A DNA stretch of 63,395 nt, filler included, from Octopus bimaculoides (taxonomy: Eukaryota), in assembly GCF_001194135.2 (NCBI RefSeq). It is 4 parts of 4 records of this genome, joined end to end, with 100 filler letters (N's around TTAATTAATTAA, not from the genome) between each part and the next. Parts side by side here need not be neighbours in the genome. Positions count along the whole stretch, not along the records: positions 1 to 21,672 come from NC_068984.1; positions 21,773 to 52,800 come from NC_068997.1; 2 more parts are not named here. One strand, written 5' to 3'. The position numbers and the translations under genes are program-made. Positions 12,480-25,549 of this stretch are shown one piece after another; the stretch's first letter is position 1, and each line of letters starts with the position of its first letter. The notes below the pieces were generated by a model that made no database searches, was not told the origin of the DNA, and saw only the letters and a list, made by a program, of their open reading frames with translations.

Positions 12480-14720
12480 CTGTTGTAATAGTCATAAATT
12501 AAGTCTGTGAATTTGTCTGGGACGTGGAGCCTCTTCAAAGCCTTTTCGACCAGCTTATAGGAATATGGAACCATAAAGACTTACGAGATATACTCACAAC
12601 ACTGCCAAGTATTCTTTGGCCTTCCAGTCTTCCCTGATCAACTGGATGACCACATCCAAGCTCTCCAGACACCCTAATATACCTATGAGATAACTCTTTC
12701 TGAACTGAGTTATCAACAAAGGATTTGCTCAGGCGGTAGTCTGTCAGGCGCCTAGCAACAATACTGAAGAATACCCGCCCCACAACGCTAAGCGAGATTG
12801 TTCTAAACTGACTGATAATCTTTGACTTTTTCTCCTTTGGAATCTACATTCCATTTGTACACCTCCATTGCTGAACTACCTGGCTTCTCCTACAACTCAT
12901 CTACATGATATTCCAGAACTTGTGGCGCACGCTTAAACATTTTTTGTACACCTTATAAAGTACTCCACTCACATCCTAGGGCTCAGCTTGGTCTTGCCTT
13001 CTTAACCACCTCCTGGATCTCCTTCCAGCTGGGTTCCTTTCCATCAAATTCCAGAGTTGGTGTATATGAACTGATCAATGACCAGCAGTGTCCTGGATCT
13101 TGACCCTTGGCGTCATCGCTGAAGATAGCTTTGAGTTGAATCTCAATCTCACCTTTGTAACAGGTGAGCTGGCCACTGTGCTTCCGTTCCACCAGCTATT
13201 TTGTAAATCCACAAGTTTGCTTGAAAGGTAGCTTGATTCCTAGCACACTCCTTTAACTACCTCCTTTGCCGTTCTACCCTTCTCAATGTCACGAACTCCT
13301 TGCAGGGAATACTCCACGGCTCCATTAGAAGTTCCCTCACCTCGTTACTTGCTTTTTTGAACTGCTGCCTCAAACTCTCAAGCTCCGATGTGATTTGATT
13401 GAGTTTACTGGCTCTTACTTATAGCATAGGTAAACCTCATTGTTTTCTTCTCCTCCAGTCCGAACCTCTCAGCCACTGAACTGATGCTAGAGGTGGGCAT
13501 TGTCTGGAGACGGCAATCACCATCATCTTTAGCTGTTGCTTCCGAGATGTAATCAATACTTTTATCAAACTGACGCTGCTACAGCTCCATGTTAACTTGA
13601 GGCTTCTTTATCAGGTGGTGTTCTATTACTCTGCCTAGGTCTGGGGTTTGTATTACTAGAAGGTTCCGGGAACTATAGACTCGGAGTCTGGATCCACTTG
13701 CGTCTCACCAGAGTTGGTTCTTTTGCGCTATGGCACTTGTACTATCTCCACACATTTCATCTTGACCTGGTGGATCTTCATGCCATGCAGGATCTGGTAA
13801 ACCGTCCCACAAATACATTCTGTGTCTATTGTTCAATTTCCATTGACATAAGTCGTTACCGGTTGATCTGTTTCATTAGAATTCTCATTCTCACCACTGC
13901 AGAAGATCCCTGGGAATATCCCTCCTTGTGTTTATCTGTAGCTTGTTCTGGGTTCTTCCTTTCAGGTGTAGGTTGGGATGCTAACCCTCACTGACTCGTT
14001 GCCGTCTCTCTGAGTCGTTTGCTGTCTCTCCAGTTGTCACAATTCTGTTCTTGGTAGACTCTTACTGGTAGCCACTGCTTATTCCAGATAAAAGTTTTTG
14101 TATACTTCATCTTGATATACATCTGGACATCTGTTTTCTGGGATCATTGGGCGTTCCGAATCTTTCAAAAGTTAGACATCTTTACCAAGGCAACCGAGTC
14201 GTGGTTCATCAAGACCCTGCTTGTGTCCAATAAGCACTACTCCAGATAACATGGTCCAAGTAGCACCATTAACTTCCAAGGCTCGCACCTCTTGTTCCAC
14301 ATGCACTTTGACGTAACCTGTGTCGCTTCCATAATCAACCGGATGGCTCGACAGAAGGACTGACCTGCAAACCATCTGCAGCCTGCCTCAATGAGATCAC
14401 CTTGCTTGCCACCCATTGCTTCGACGTAACTCCACCAGCTGAGCATATTCCATTCTCTACTTCTCATTTTCTTTGTCAATAAGATACCCTAGTGAAACGA
14501 GATATCTGCACAGATGTTTCTGAGATCAGCATCATGTCAGGCCTTATCAATTTTAAGGCGGCAGTTTCTGGGAGCGTCGGTTCTTTCCCCGGGTCGTCTC
14601 TCAGCTCCCATTTACTTGTAGGCCTGGAGAGGTGAACCTGATAACTGGTGTCGTTTTCACACCAGCCTTGACAAATGTACGGTTTTGTTCGTTGTTTCAA
14701 GGCGCCTCTAAAGGAATTTT
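12480..14720 (-). mobile_element. HERO/NeSL-like RLE-type non-LTR retrotransposon, 5' and N-terminal half, degenerate
   Basis: N-terminal zinc finger CICGTVYQILHGMKIHQVKMKC; SGQLTCYKGEIE...EPSWKEIQEVVKKAR; RT motifs GRVFFSIVARRLTDY...NSVQK and GCLE...QLIRE...LAVL*VYLVSLYGS...KLVEKALKRLHVPDKFTDLIYDYYN. Confidence 0.85.
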
Positions 14721-15094
14721 ATCCGATGGAACTCTTCACTTCAGAGCTCATGCCATGAAACATTGCTCGCTTCCGTCTTAACCAAGCTACTTGGCGTCGC
14801 ATTCCAACATATATACTTTAAATGGATGTGAAAACATATCAGAGCAGCCTCCTTTATTTTGTCACGAAAAAATTACAAGATATTACCACGTCTTCTTGAA
14901 GTTGTATAGCGAATGGCTTAAAACTGAAAATCTTAAATTTATCTTGCATTTTCTAATACATGCTGTATTGAGCAGAAATATTGACAAACGCACGGTGTAC
15001 AAATAAGTCAAGCCATTATAGCTAATTTCCACTTTGTGACTGAGTTAAATAGTGATTTTTTAATAAGGCATCCACTTATGTATATATGTATATA

Positions 15095-15356
15095 TATAAC
15101 TTAGAGAAAAAAACACAATTATTGAATTCATTTATGAAAATCCACAATCACATATAGAAAAGTTTAAATAGTAAATACACTAAAATACACTTAAAAATAA
15201 TAGTAGTCATTTTATTATTTTAATATTTATTACTTTGTACTTTTTTGATATCTATTATAGGTCTTTTTAGTGTATTTACGTATTAAATTTTTCTATATGT
15301 GATTGTGGATTTTCATGGATGAATTAAAAAATTGTAGAGTTTTTTCTCTAAATTAT
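15095..15356. mobile_element. Roughly 260-bp foldback built from PLE-type terminal repeat ends
   Basis: Arms of about 90 nt (ttagagaaaaa...atgaaaatccacaatcacatatagaaaa...aaatacactaaaa) are inverted. The same terminus occurs at 48860-48935 and 52921. Confidence 0.75.
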
Positions 15357-16368
15357 ATATTTATATATTATATATTGTGAAATTTAATTTAATTTTAATT
15401 TTGATGAATTAGATTGAATTGAATTTTTCCCTGTAAATTTGGATTTTTATCCCTAATATTATTATCATAATTATATANNNNNNNNNNNNNNNNNNNNNNN
15501 NNNNNNNNNNNNNNNNNNNNNNNNNNNNNNNNNNNNNNNNNNNNNNNNNNNNNNNNNNNNNNNNNNNNNNNNNNNNNNNNNNNNNNNNNNNNNNNNNNNN
15601 NNNNNNNNNNNNNNNNNNNNNNNNNNNNNNNNNNNNNNNNNNNNNNNNNNNNNNNNNNNNNNNNNNNNNNNNNNNNNNNNNNNNNNNNNNNNNNNNNNNN
15701 NNNNNNNNNNNNNNNNNNNNNNNNNNNNNNNNNNNNNNNNNNNNNNNNNNNNNNNNNNNNNNNNNNNNNNNNNNNNNNNNNNNNNNNNNNNNNNNNAAAT
15801 CACAAGAAAAATTTCCGTCGCATACTGTTTTAGGGGGGGGGGGAATATACATTTCAGAGTAGTACGGATGATACTAGTAAGACGTAAGTTATTTCCCTTG
15901 TATTTTATTTCCTTTTTTTTTTACCTCCCTATACTGGAAGATTACCCAGACACGATATGAAAGAGTTAACTAGAGGGAAATAGTAGAGTTCAATATAAGG
16001 AGTTATTTTGGAAAAGGATAGATATAGGAAGTATAAAGGGAAATAAGAGTTAAAAAAATGAAAGTTAAAAAATATATGCGGGATGTTATAGTTGCAGTTC
16101 TATTAACCAAGGAAAGTGCCGTGTAGAATGGGTAGAAATGCTTCTTGCCCATAGTATGTAGATTCCCGCATTATTATCGAACCGAGAATCTAACTATGGT
16201 CGTCCTATAGCACTTTCATAACCTTACCTGCCATCTTGGGTCTTCTTGATACCAAAACCTCTCATATATCTGTGTGTGTGTGTGTGTGTGCGTATGTGTG
16301 TGTGTATGTATCTGTGTATCTATGTATATACAAACACAGACACACACACGTACACGCATGCACACACG

Positions 16369-16411
<43 letters not shown>

Positions 16412-16512
16412 ACACACACACACACATACTTCTATAGGGCAATTTGAAAATTAAACTCCGTTCCATCTCAAATTGTTGGTTAAAATGTATTGTTGATATA
16501 AAAGTATTGATA

Positions 16513-17324
16513 CGAGGTGGTGTCAAAAGGTTTCCGGACTAATTACGTTTAATAAAAAAAGATAACTTATTTAACTGCTACTTTTGGAATCCGGCCTGAA
16601 AGTGCTTTCCGTAAGCGAGTCGAGTACCTTCTGCGATTCGCTCTGGATTTCGACAACGGTGTTAAAACGGTGACCTTTGAACCGCATTTTCATCTTGGAG
16701 AAGAGATGGAAGTCCGTAAGTGCTATATCTGACGAATAGGGTGTGTGCAGAAGCGACACCATGTTGTTTCTGGCGAGAAACTCACGACTGAGGAGAGCTT
16801 GGTGACAGGATGCATTATCGTCATGAAGAATCCAGTTGTTCACGCTTCACAGATTCGCCGAATGTTCTCCATCAAACGCTTCAAAACGTCGCAGTAGAAC
16901 TCTGAAATGATGGTCTGGCTCTGGGGGGCGAATTCTCGATGCACAATACCGCGGATGTCAAAAAAAACGATGAGGGATGTTATTCCGCTTTTGAAGCGCC
17001 TGTGCCACTCGAAACATTGCGTACGGCCCATTGCCTCGTCGCCGTAAGCTTTCTGAAGCTTACTCAATGTCTTTGTAGCAGACTTCAAAAGTTTAAGGCA
17101 AAATTTCATGTTGGCTTTTTGTTCCATTTTCCTGTCTATAACAAAAATCGCAGAGTACAGCATACACGTGATCAGAGAAACACAACTTGTGAAGTCACTC
17201 AGCTATGTCACTCGGCACACTACCACATGAATGTCACTGCTAGCTCTCACTGTGCACGCAATCGTGTGCTGCCATCACTTGGTGCGCTACAGAACTAGTC
17301 CAGCAACTTACTGATATCACCTCG
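16513..17324 (-). mobile_element. Internally deleted DD34D mariner element with both TIRs
   Basis: TA-CGAGGTGGTGTCAAAAGGTTTCCGGACTA and inverted TA-CGAGGTGATATCAGTAAGTTGCTGGACTA. ORFs MEQKANMKFC...FEWHRRFKSG/LIVFFDIRG and HDDNA-(D34D spacing)-YSSDIALTDF. Confidence 0.92.
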
Positions 17325-18619
17325 TACGTCATCGTTAGGTATTGTTGCTTAACTTCATGTCAACTTTGATTAAGAAGCCCTGTGATCAAAGGCTTTCTAT
17401 TTAATATATCAATGCGTCATTCCTTTAGTTGGCAGGCTATGATCTGAATGAGAACTGACTACTTTTTCGGGCAAGTCGAACGACCACAGAGTTATTATTG
17501 TTGCTATTATCGTTTAGTCCCAGATACAGCTCTGATCAAGGCAACCATGACAATCACTTCATTTTTTAATTTTTTTTTTTTAGTTCTGATACAATCCATC
17601 TAAGACTACCTTATCCAATGTGCCTTTCTTTTTTTAAGGCAGTAGGATATGCTTTGAAGGAAAATTCAGTAACGATGTATGAAACAATAATGATCATTGC
17701 TCTTGTCATAATGATGATGGCGTTGGTGACTAAATATATTCATACTGAACACCATATGCTTCCGAAACGAATGACAAAAAGAAATTGGTATTTAGTGAAA
17801 TTAAACGTTTTCAAATCTCTCGGACGTGAGAATCGGGTCAGATATCGTTCTTTGAAAGTGTGCATTATTTCGCTTCGGTTGTCATATAAATGAAACACGA
17901 TCGAAAAAGGACTATTAGAAATTATTATCAAGTGTTTTTATTATTTTATTTTAAAATGCTAGAAGCAACAATTATTTAATCTGGAGAAAAGAAGAACAAT
18001 TTACAACCGCAAGTAAGCAGCAAAAATGGTAAAAATGAGTAAAAGTAAATAATAATAAATAAGTGAAAAAATGAAAGGGTATGCACCATCTTTATATTTT
18101 ACATTGCACCAAGAAATCTGATGCTATCTTTTTCTAAAAATATATTTTAAGGTAACCCAAAGTTTTCTCGTGGTAATTTAAGTGGAGTGGTTTCGAGTTT
18201 GTGATCTTTAAATGGCCAGGTACTGTTACTAGCATCATTAAATAACTCGCTGAGATGACAAAAACTTTCCTTGTCAGAGATCCAACTCTCAAGCGAGTTT
18301 CAAATGCCACTGGTTGATAAGGTAATTTCGGTATTTCAGAAGATTATTCCGTTAGAGTCCACAATAGGATTTGTTTCTAGGGAAAATAACTATGATATGG
18401 TTATTTCTCTTCGATATCCATGCAAGCAATATGCAACATAATAATAATACGTTGAAACAATAAAATTCAGGGACGCCTTTAGAATTCGTCCCTTTGTATT
18501 ACTGGATCCTTTCATTCACCAACAACCAATCCGCAACTCTTTTTCATTCCTTCTTTTCCATATTATCTTTCTTGTTTTCTGCAACCTCTCTTTAACTCCG
18601 AGTAAAAAAAGGAGTCTAC

Positions 18620-18790
18620 GAGTGGTCACTGAAGAATTAACAGCCAAATGTCGATCAAATTTCACCCAACTGTCTTAGAAAGAAAGGACACATTGTAAAA
18701 TATAGCCATAGATATACAAAAAGACGGGATGGCTGTCTTTCATCAGATTAGTGTTGACCCGATGCTAAAGAGCACTAACAACAGCAACGA
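18620..18790 (+). repeat. Family D interspersed repeat copy
   Basis: aacagccaaat...cacccaactgtcttagaaagaaaggacacatt...aagacgggatgg...ctaacaacagc. Confidence 0.6.
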
Positions 18791-18935
18791 GAACATCTAA
18801 ATTTGAACATTTTAATCTGTCATAACTTCATAGCTTCAACTGCATAACTTCAATCCGCTTTATAGCATATCAAGCAATATTTGCATCTTCATTGTAATAC
18901 TATAGAGTAGGGCAGACATAAAAGTGAGAACATTC

Positions 18936-18995
<60 letters not shown>

Positions 18996-19985
18996 NNNNN
19001 NNNNNNNNNNNNNNNNNNNNNNNNNNNNNNNNNNNNNNNNNNNNNNNNNNNNNNNNNNNNNNNNNNNNNNNNNNNNNNNNNNNNNNNNNNNNNNNNNNNN
19101 NNNNNNNNNNNNNNNNNNNNNNNNNNNNNNNNNNNNNNNNNNNNNNNNNNNNNNNNNNNNNNNNNNNNNNNNNNNNNNNNNNNNNNNNNNNNNNNNNNNN
19201 NNNNNNNNNNNNNNNNNNNNNNNNNNNNNNNNNNNNNNNNNNNNNNNNNNNNNNNNNNNNNNNNNNNNNNNNNNNNNNNNNNNNNNNNNNNNNNNNNNNN
19301 NNNNNNNNNNNNNNNNNNNNNNNNNNNNNNNNNNNNNNNNNNNNNNNNNNNNNNNNNNNNNNNNNNNNNNNNNNNNNNNNNNNNNNNNNNNNNNNNNNNN
19401 NNNNNNNNNNNNNNNNNNNNNNNNNNNNNNNNNNNNNNNNNNNNNNNNNNNNNNNNNNNNNNNNNNNNNNNNNNNNNNNNNNNNNNNNNNNNNNNNNNNN
19501 NNNNNNNNNNNNNNNNNNNNNNNNNNNNNNNNNNNNNNNNNNNNNNNNNNNNNNNNNNNNNNNNNNNNNNNNNNNNNNNNNNNNNNNNNNNNNNNNNNNN
19601 NNNNNNNNNNNNNNNNNNNNNNNNNNNNNNNNNNNNNNNNNNNNNNNNNNNNNNNNNNNNNNNNNNNNNNNNNNNNNNNNNNNNNNNNNNNNNNNNNNNN
19701 NNNNNNNNNNNNNNNNNNNNNNNNNNNNNNNNNNNNNNNNNNNNNNNNNNNNNNNNNNNNNNNNNNNNNNNNNNNNNNNNNNNNNNNNNNNNNNNNNNNN
19801 NNNNNNNNNNNNNNNNNNNNNNNNNNNNNNNNNNNNNNNNNNNNNNNNNNAAAGACGAATGAATCCATCTCATAACCCAAAATTACTATCGATTCGGTTG
19901 AATGAATTCATCTACCCAACAAACGTGTCACCATGCTTCAACATAACGAATACCATTTTCGAAAAAGAAACGGAAATAAGATGAT

Positions 19986-20217
19986 AAGGCGGCGAGCTGG
20001 CAGAAACGTTAGCACGCCGGGCGAAATGCTTAGCGGTATTTCGTCTGCCGTTACGTTCTGAGTTCAAATTCCGCCGAGGTCGACTTTGCCTTTCATCCTT
20101 TCGAGGTCGATAAATTAAGTACCAGTTACGCACTGGGGTCGATGTAATTGACTTAATCCCTTTGTCTGTCCTTGTTTGCCCCCTCTATGTTTAGCCCCTT
20201 GTGGGCAATAAAGAAAT
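19986..20217 (+). mobile_element. SINE family B (Nin/Deu-domain), full length, young
   Basis: tRNA-like head aaggcggcgagctggcaga...gagttcaaattcc and Nin/Deu-type core gtcgactttgcctttcatcctttcgaggtcgataaattaagtaccag. Perfect 21-bp TSD at 19965-19985 and 20218-20238. Confidence 0.9.
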
Positions 20218-20392
20218 AAGAAACGGAAATAAGATGATTGAAAACTTAATGCATTTCTACCAATGGTTTTAAGTGAATGGCTTTCAACGAAAGTTTAAAA
20301 CGAAACTAAAATGCATTCAAGAACTCCTATTAAAACTCTAATATTTATACTTTTTTACGTTTTAAACATTTATTGTACCAATTTTATAAATA

Positions 20393-20877
20393 CCGTAAAT
20401 CCTCGAGTATAGTCCGCCCTTGAGTATAATACGCAGGGGATTTTTAGGGGGTTGTACCTCTGAAAAACCTAAAACTTGTGTATAATACGCACCCTTCTCT
20501 AACCTGAGTCAAGGAGATCTATATAACGTCCTTGGTTTGTAAACATATATATAGTAACGTCCTTTATTATTATTGTATATATAACATAATGCAAACGTGT
20601 AGCTTTTTTGTGCACTTTGTTTCCAGAAAATATAGAAATAACTGTAATAAAGTCAGTGAAAAATAGATATTAAATAAATTGCCTTTACATATTTATCATT
20701 ATCAGTTACAAGCCCGACATCACAAAATGCGTCTGAATAAACATTGCCGGACAGCAAATAGACTCGGACATTGCTTAGAAAATATTTTTCATTGTTAACC
20801 TCGTATATAGTATGTACTAGGAATTTTGACCTTTAAATTTTGGGGAGAAAATGCGGATTATACTCGAGGATTTACGG
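20393..20877. mobile_element. 485-bp Tc1/mariner-superfamily (Tc2/pogo-like) MITE
   Basis: 25-bp TIRs CCGTAAATCCTCGAGTATA(G/A)TCCGC with one mismatch. TA on both flanks. Confidence 0.92.
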
Positions 20878-21234
20878 TATGTAGCTCACTTAAATAAACA
20901 TGTTTGTACTTTTTTTTATCACAGCTCACTTGCAGACAATACGTTGTATACGATATTGAGGGAATCATACGAGTGTGAAGGGAGATAACATACATGTTAA
21001 CAAAGTTTTCAGCATGCCAAATTAACAGTTACTTCCCTTGGAAGCTGTTAAAGAGTTAATTCCCTTAAATGAGATTTTACAAGTTTTTTAGTTAATCTTA
21101 TGTGTATGTATGCGTGTGTATACATACATACATACATACATACATACATACATACATACATACATACATGCATGCATGTATACATACATACATACATACA
21201 TACATACATACATGCATACATACATACATACATA

Positions 21235-21540
21235 AGCCAGGAACAGGAGATTGCCACAAAGTACCTTGTAAACAAGAGAGACAGTGACGCTCTTGCAATC
21301 CCAAGGTGCAACTGCATGTGTAGGCTATTTTATGTTTCTATGGAAGACATTACGCACGTCATTAGCAGCTGTCCAAAAATGTCGTCACGGTACTACCTCC
21401 CTATGCGGCACGATGTTGTTGCTAAAACAATTTACAATGCCATCCGCAAAAAAGACTGTCCTGAAATTAACTTAGAAAATTCCTCTGTTATAGAATACAT
21501 TCATAAACACCAACTCAAGGAATACTGGTGGAATATTCCC
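21235..21540 (+). mobile_element. R4/Dong-like RLE non-LTR retrotransposon fragment (CCHC knuckle upstream of the RLE)
   Basis: MCRLFYVSMEDITHVISSCPKMSSRYYLPMRHDVVAKTI...EYWWNIP follows the CRxC...HxxSxC...RHDxVAK pattern. Confidence 0.8.
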
Positions 21541-21672
21541 ACACACACAAACACACACACACATATATATATATATTACTTCGTATTTTTTTGTTGTATA
21601 CGTTTCATGACGTCCTGTACCCACATTTGCATGTATATATACATATAGACGTATGTACATATACGTATGTAT

Positions 21673-21772
21673 NNNNNNNNNNNNNNNNNNNNNNNNNNNN
21701 NNNNNNNNNNNNNNNNTTAATTAATTAANNNNNNNNNNNNNNNNNNNNNNNNNNNNNNNNNNNNNNNNNNNN
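21673..21772. other. Artificial 100-bp join (44 N + TTAATTAATTAA + 44 N)
   Basis: Identical architecture at 52801-52900 and 58844-58943. The 12-mer puts stops in all six frames. Confidence 0.95.
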
Positions 21773-22049
21773 AATTCTTTTTCTCCTATTCATCCCAAAT
21801 ACCATAGCTCATTGTGCTACCCTACCCCCTGCCAAGATGGGTCGGTCGGTACACTCCTATCCTGCCGTTTTCGAACTTTCGCTGACCGAAAAGGGGCAGC
21901 TACGCTAAAAATAGCGACGAGACAAAGGAAATACCATTCTCCCCAACTGACCAGAGTACGAGTTCAAAACCTAGCCCGGGAGATAGGGATATAATGCCAA
22001 CTGTATTTTCGGTCGTCGCATCAATATATATGCCTTTTATATTTCTTTT

Positions 22050-22490
22050 CATCTTTCAGTCATTGGATTGCGGCTAAGCTGGGGCACCGCCTTAATGAGT
22101 TTAGTCGAACAAATCAAACCCAATATTTATTTTTCGTTTTTAAGACGGATACTTATTCCATCTGTCTCTTTTGCACAGTCGTTAAGATATGGGGATGTAA
22201 ACAAACCAACATCGGTTGTCAGGCGATGGTGGGAGTGACACAGCTACACATACTTACATTGAAACATACATACTTATGTGTTTGTGTGTGTGCGTGCGTG
22301 TGTATGTGTTTGTGCTTGTGTGCGTGTGTGCGCGCGCACTCACACGCACACATATATACAAGACGGGCGTCAAAATACTGTTTGTTTACGAAATACACTC
22401 ACAAGGCCTTGATCGGCCCAGGGACAAAAGTAGAAGACACTCAAGATGCGGAGCAGAAAGAATGAGCCCTAAACCGAATGGTTACAATGC
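22050..22490 (-). mobile_element. SINE family A, diverged
   Basis: Tail ctttcagtcattggattgcggc, core cactcacaaggccttgatcggccc and a decayed head. Confidence 0.75.
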
Positions 22491-23226
22491 TAGTGCATTG
22501 GTTGTTCAAAAGCCAAAACAATGCCAGATGATATAAGGAAAACAGAACGACAATTCCCACTTTATATTTCTAATTTCCGGAGTCTATCGTCAGGAGAAAA
22601 CGGAAAATAGCATCGAGGTGGTAACTGTTGGTCGAATATACGGGAGTAGGTCGTGACACGAGCAGACTACTACTGATGTGAACCTTTTGTTGTTGTCCGT
22701 TGGTCGATCTCTATACAGCAATCTTCTGAAGGAGGGACCGGAGAACATTATGTGTATGTTCAGCATCTCTCTACAGATCGTCCAGTAGATTGCAGTAGTG
22801 GCTCAGTCATTAACAGAAACAGCTGTAAAAGTTAATTAAGGCGATTACATTACTCCTGTTCTTTTGCCATTTATATATCATCGAAATATGGCAGTTTCTG
22901 GAAGTACATGCTACCTCTGGAATGTGAGCGTTCACATGGTGTGTCCTGACACGCTGGCGTTTGACGAAAGCTATTGGATAGTTTTTATTTTGCAGAACTT
23001 TTTGAAATCACATTATACTCAGTTATGCTCATTGAATCTGTTGCGTAACGGGGACATTTCGTTTGTAAGTAGGCGATGTTGGCTCTGGTGGTTTAACACA
23101 ATCATTTGATATAGCGGATACTTTTAGTAAAGTTCATGATATTGCAAGCATTTGTTCATGGGCGCTAATTGAGGATGAATGATACTTTCCCAACACGGTC
23201 TCTGAGAGGTCTTCAAATATATATAT

Positions 23227-23301
<75 letters not shown>

Positions 23302-23865
23302 CGTCAGAAAGACAAGAGTTACGTAATCACTTTCAGTAGCTTACAACTGTTTCTGCTACAAGAAACAGTGCATTCAGAACTGAGTGACTGTATAACGTCT
23401 TATAGCTAAGCTGGAGTTATTAATTTCATTTTGATAACTCCAAGGAGCTATCATTAACAGAAATAGCTGTAAGTTAATGAAAAGTGCTCACGTTAATCCT
23501 GTTCTTTGTGATTCATTTATGTAGGTATGTATGTGTGTATGTATGTATGTATGTATGTATGTATGTATGTATGTATGCGTGTATGTATGTATGCGTGTAT
23601 GTATGTTGCTCTATTGGTGCTTCTGGTCTATTAATATTTGGCTTTCTCTAAAATGTCTGCTTGCATCTTTCTCTTGTGTAACTATGTGTGTGTATTTGTG
23701 CAAGTGCTTGTTTGCAGGGTGATGCTACAGCATGGCTGTTACTCAATGACTGAATCAATGAATGTAGATGAAGAATACACATACATTTATATGTCTGTGT
23801 GTGTGTGTGCGCGTGTGCATGCGTGTGTGTGTGTGTACATACATAAATATATACATAAATGTGTG

Positions 23866-23918
<53 letters not shown>

Positions 23919-25188
23919 NNNNNNNNNNNNNNNNNNNNNNNNNNNNNNNNNNNNNNNNNNNNNNNNNNNNNNNNNNNNNNNNNNNNNNNNNNNNNNNNNN
24001 NNNNNNNNNNNNNNNNNNNNNNNNNNNNNNNNNNNNNNNNNNNNNNNNNNNNNNNNNNNNNNNNNNNNNNNNNNNNNNNNNNNNNNNNNNNNNNNNNNNN
24101 NNNNNNNNNNNNNNNNNNNNNNNNNNNNNNNNNNNNNNNNNNNNNNNNNNNNNNNNNNNNNNNNNNNNNNNNNNNNNNNNNNNNNNNNNNNNNNNNNNNN
24201 NNNNNNNNNNNNNNNNNNNNNNNNNNNNNNNNNNNNNNNNNNNNNNNNNNNNNNNNNNNNNNNNNNNNNNNNNNNNNNNNNNNNNNNNNNNNNNNNNNNN
24301 NNNNNNNNNNNNNNNNNNNNNNNNNNNNNNNNNNNNNNNNNNNNNNNNNNNNNNNNNNNNNNNNNNNNNNNNNNNNNNNNNNNNNNNNNNNNNNNNNNNN
24401 NNNNNNNNNNNNNNNNNNNNNNNNNNNNNNNNNNNNNNNNNNNNNNNNNNNNNNNNNNNNNNNNNNNNNNNNNNNNNNNNNNNNNNNNNNNNNNNNNNNN
24501 NNNNNNNNNNNNNNNNNNNNNNNNNNNNNNNNNNNNNNNNNNNNNNNNNNNNNNNNNNNNNNNNNNNNNNNNNNNNNNNNNNNNNNNNNNNNNNNNNNNN
24601 NNNNNNNNNNNNNNNNNNNNNNNNNNNNNACCAATTACTACTACTACTACTACTACATTTCTTTGTTGTTTTTTATAGCATTTAGAATACATAACATTCA
24701 CGTCTTAAGTGCTTAGTCTCTCATAAAATTTTCGTTGACTCAGTTGATGTAATCTTATAAATTTTAGCAAGGAAAGAGCGAGATCGTATGACAAAGGGGA
24801 TGTATATTTGGTTGACACCGGCTCATGCTGGTGAGGTGAACCAAAGAGTTAAGTGAATTTTAATGAATGAGACGGTATATCGTAATTTGGTGGGGGTGGG
24901 AAATGTTTCTGTTACTTGTTGAGGCGGGGCGTCAGAAATAGCTTTGGTGCTTATGAAGTCACAGAAGCCTAAGAGAGCCGCACCGATAAGAATTCAGACA
25001 GTTTCAGACAGTTTCTATCCTGTTGCCAACATCTACAGTGTATCCTTTAGAAAACAATTGGCGTGGCACATTGTGACGCAGCCGTTTTGACTTCACCCAT
25101 TTAGCGTTGTTGATGATTCAATGCTGACTTTTTTGACATCAGACGTTTTAATGTTTCTCTCGCTTCAGTGATTCTCTCCTTCTCTTTT

Positions 25189-25223
<35 letters not shown>

Positions 25224-25226
25224 CAT

Positions 25227-25327
<101 letters not shown>

Positions 25328-25549
25328 TCTCATGTTTGAAAGCATATTTTTCATTATGTATACAAGGAGAGGGAAAGTGTTTATGTCAGTCGTTTTCAAA
25401 TAATATATCGTATTGTTTTTAATGTATCTCTCTCCCGTTTTCTCCCTACCTCTCTCTCACACTCTTTCTATTTGTATATGATGTATATAATTCTGCACTC
25501 GTAGTTGTGTGTGTGTGTGTGTGTGCGTGTCTGCGCGCGCACGTGCGTA

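Noticed and set aside
20925-20990. Exon after the strong acceptor ttttttttatcacag
   Set aside because: All frames stop within about 65 nt, there is no good donor, and no homology was recognised.
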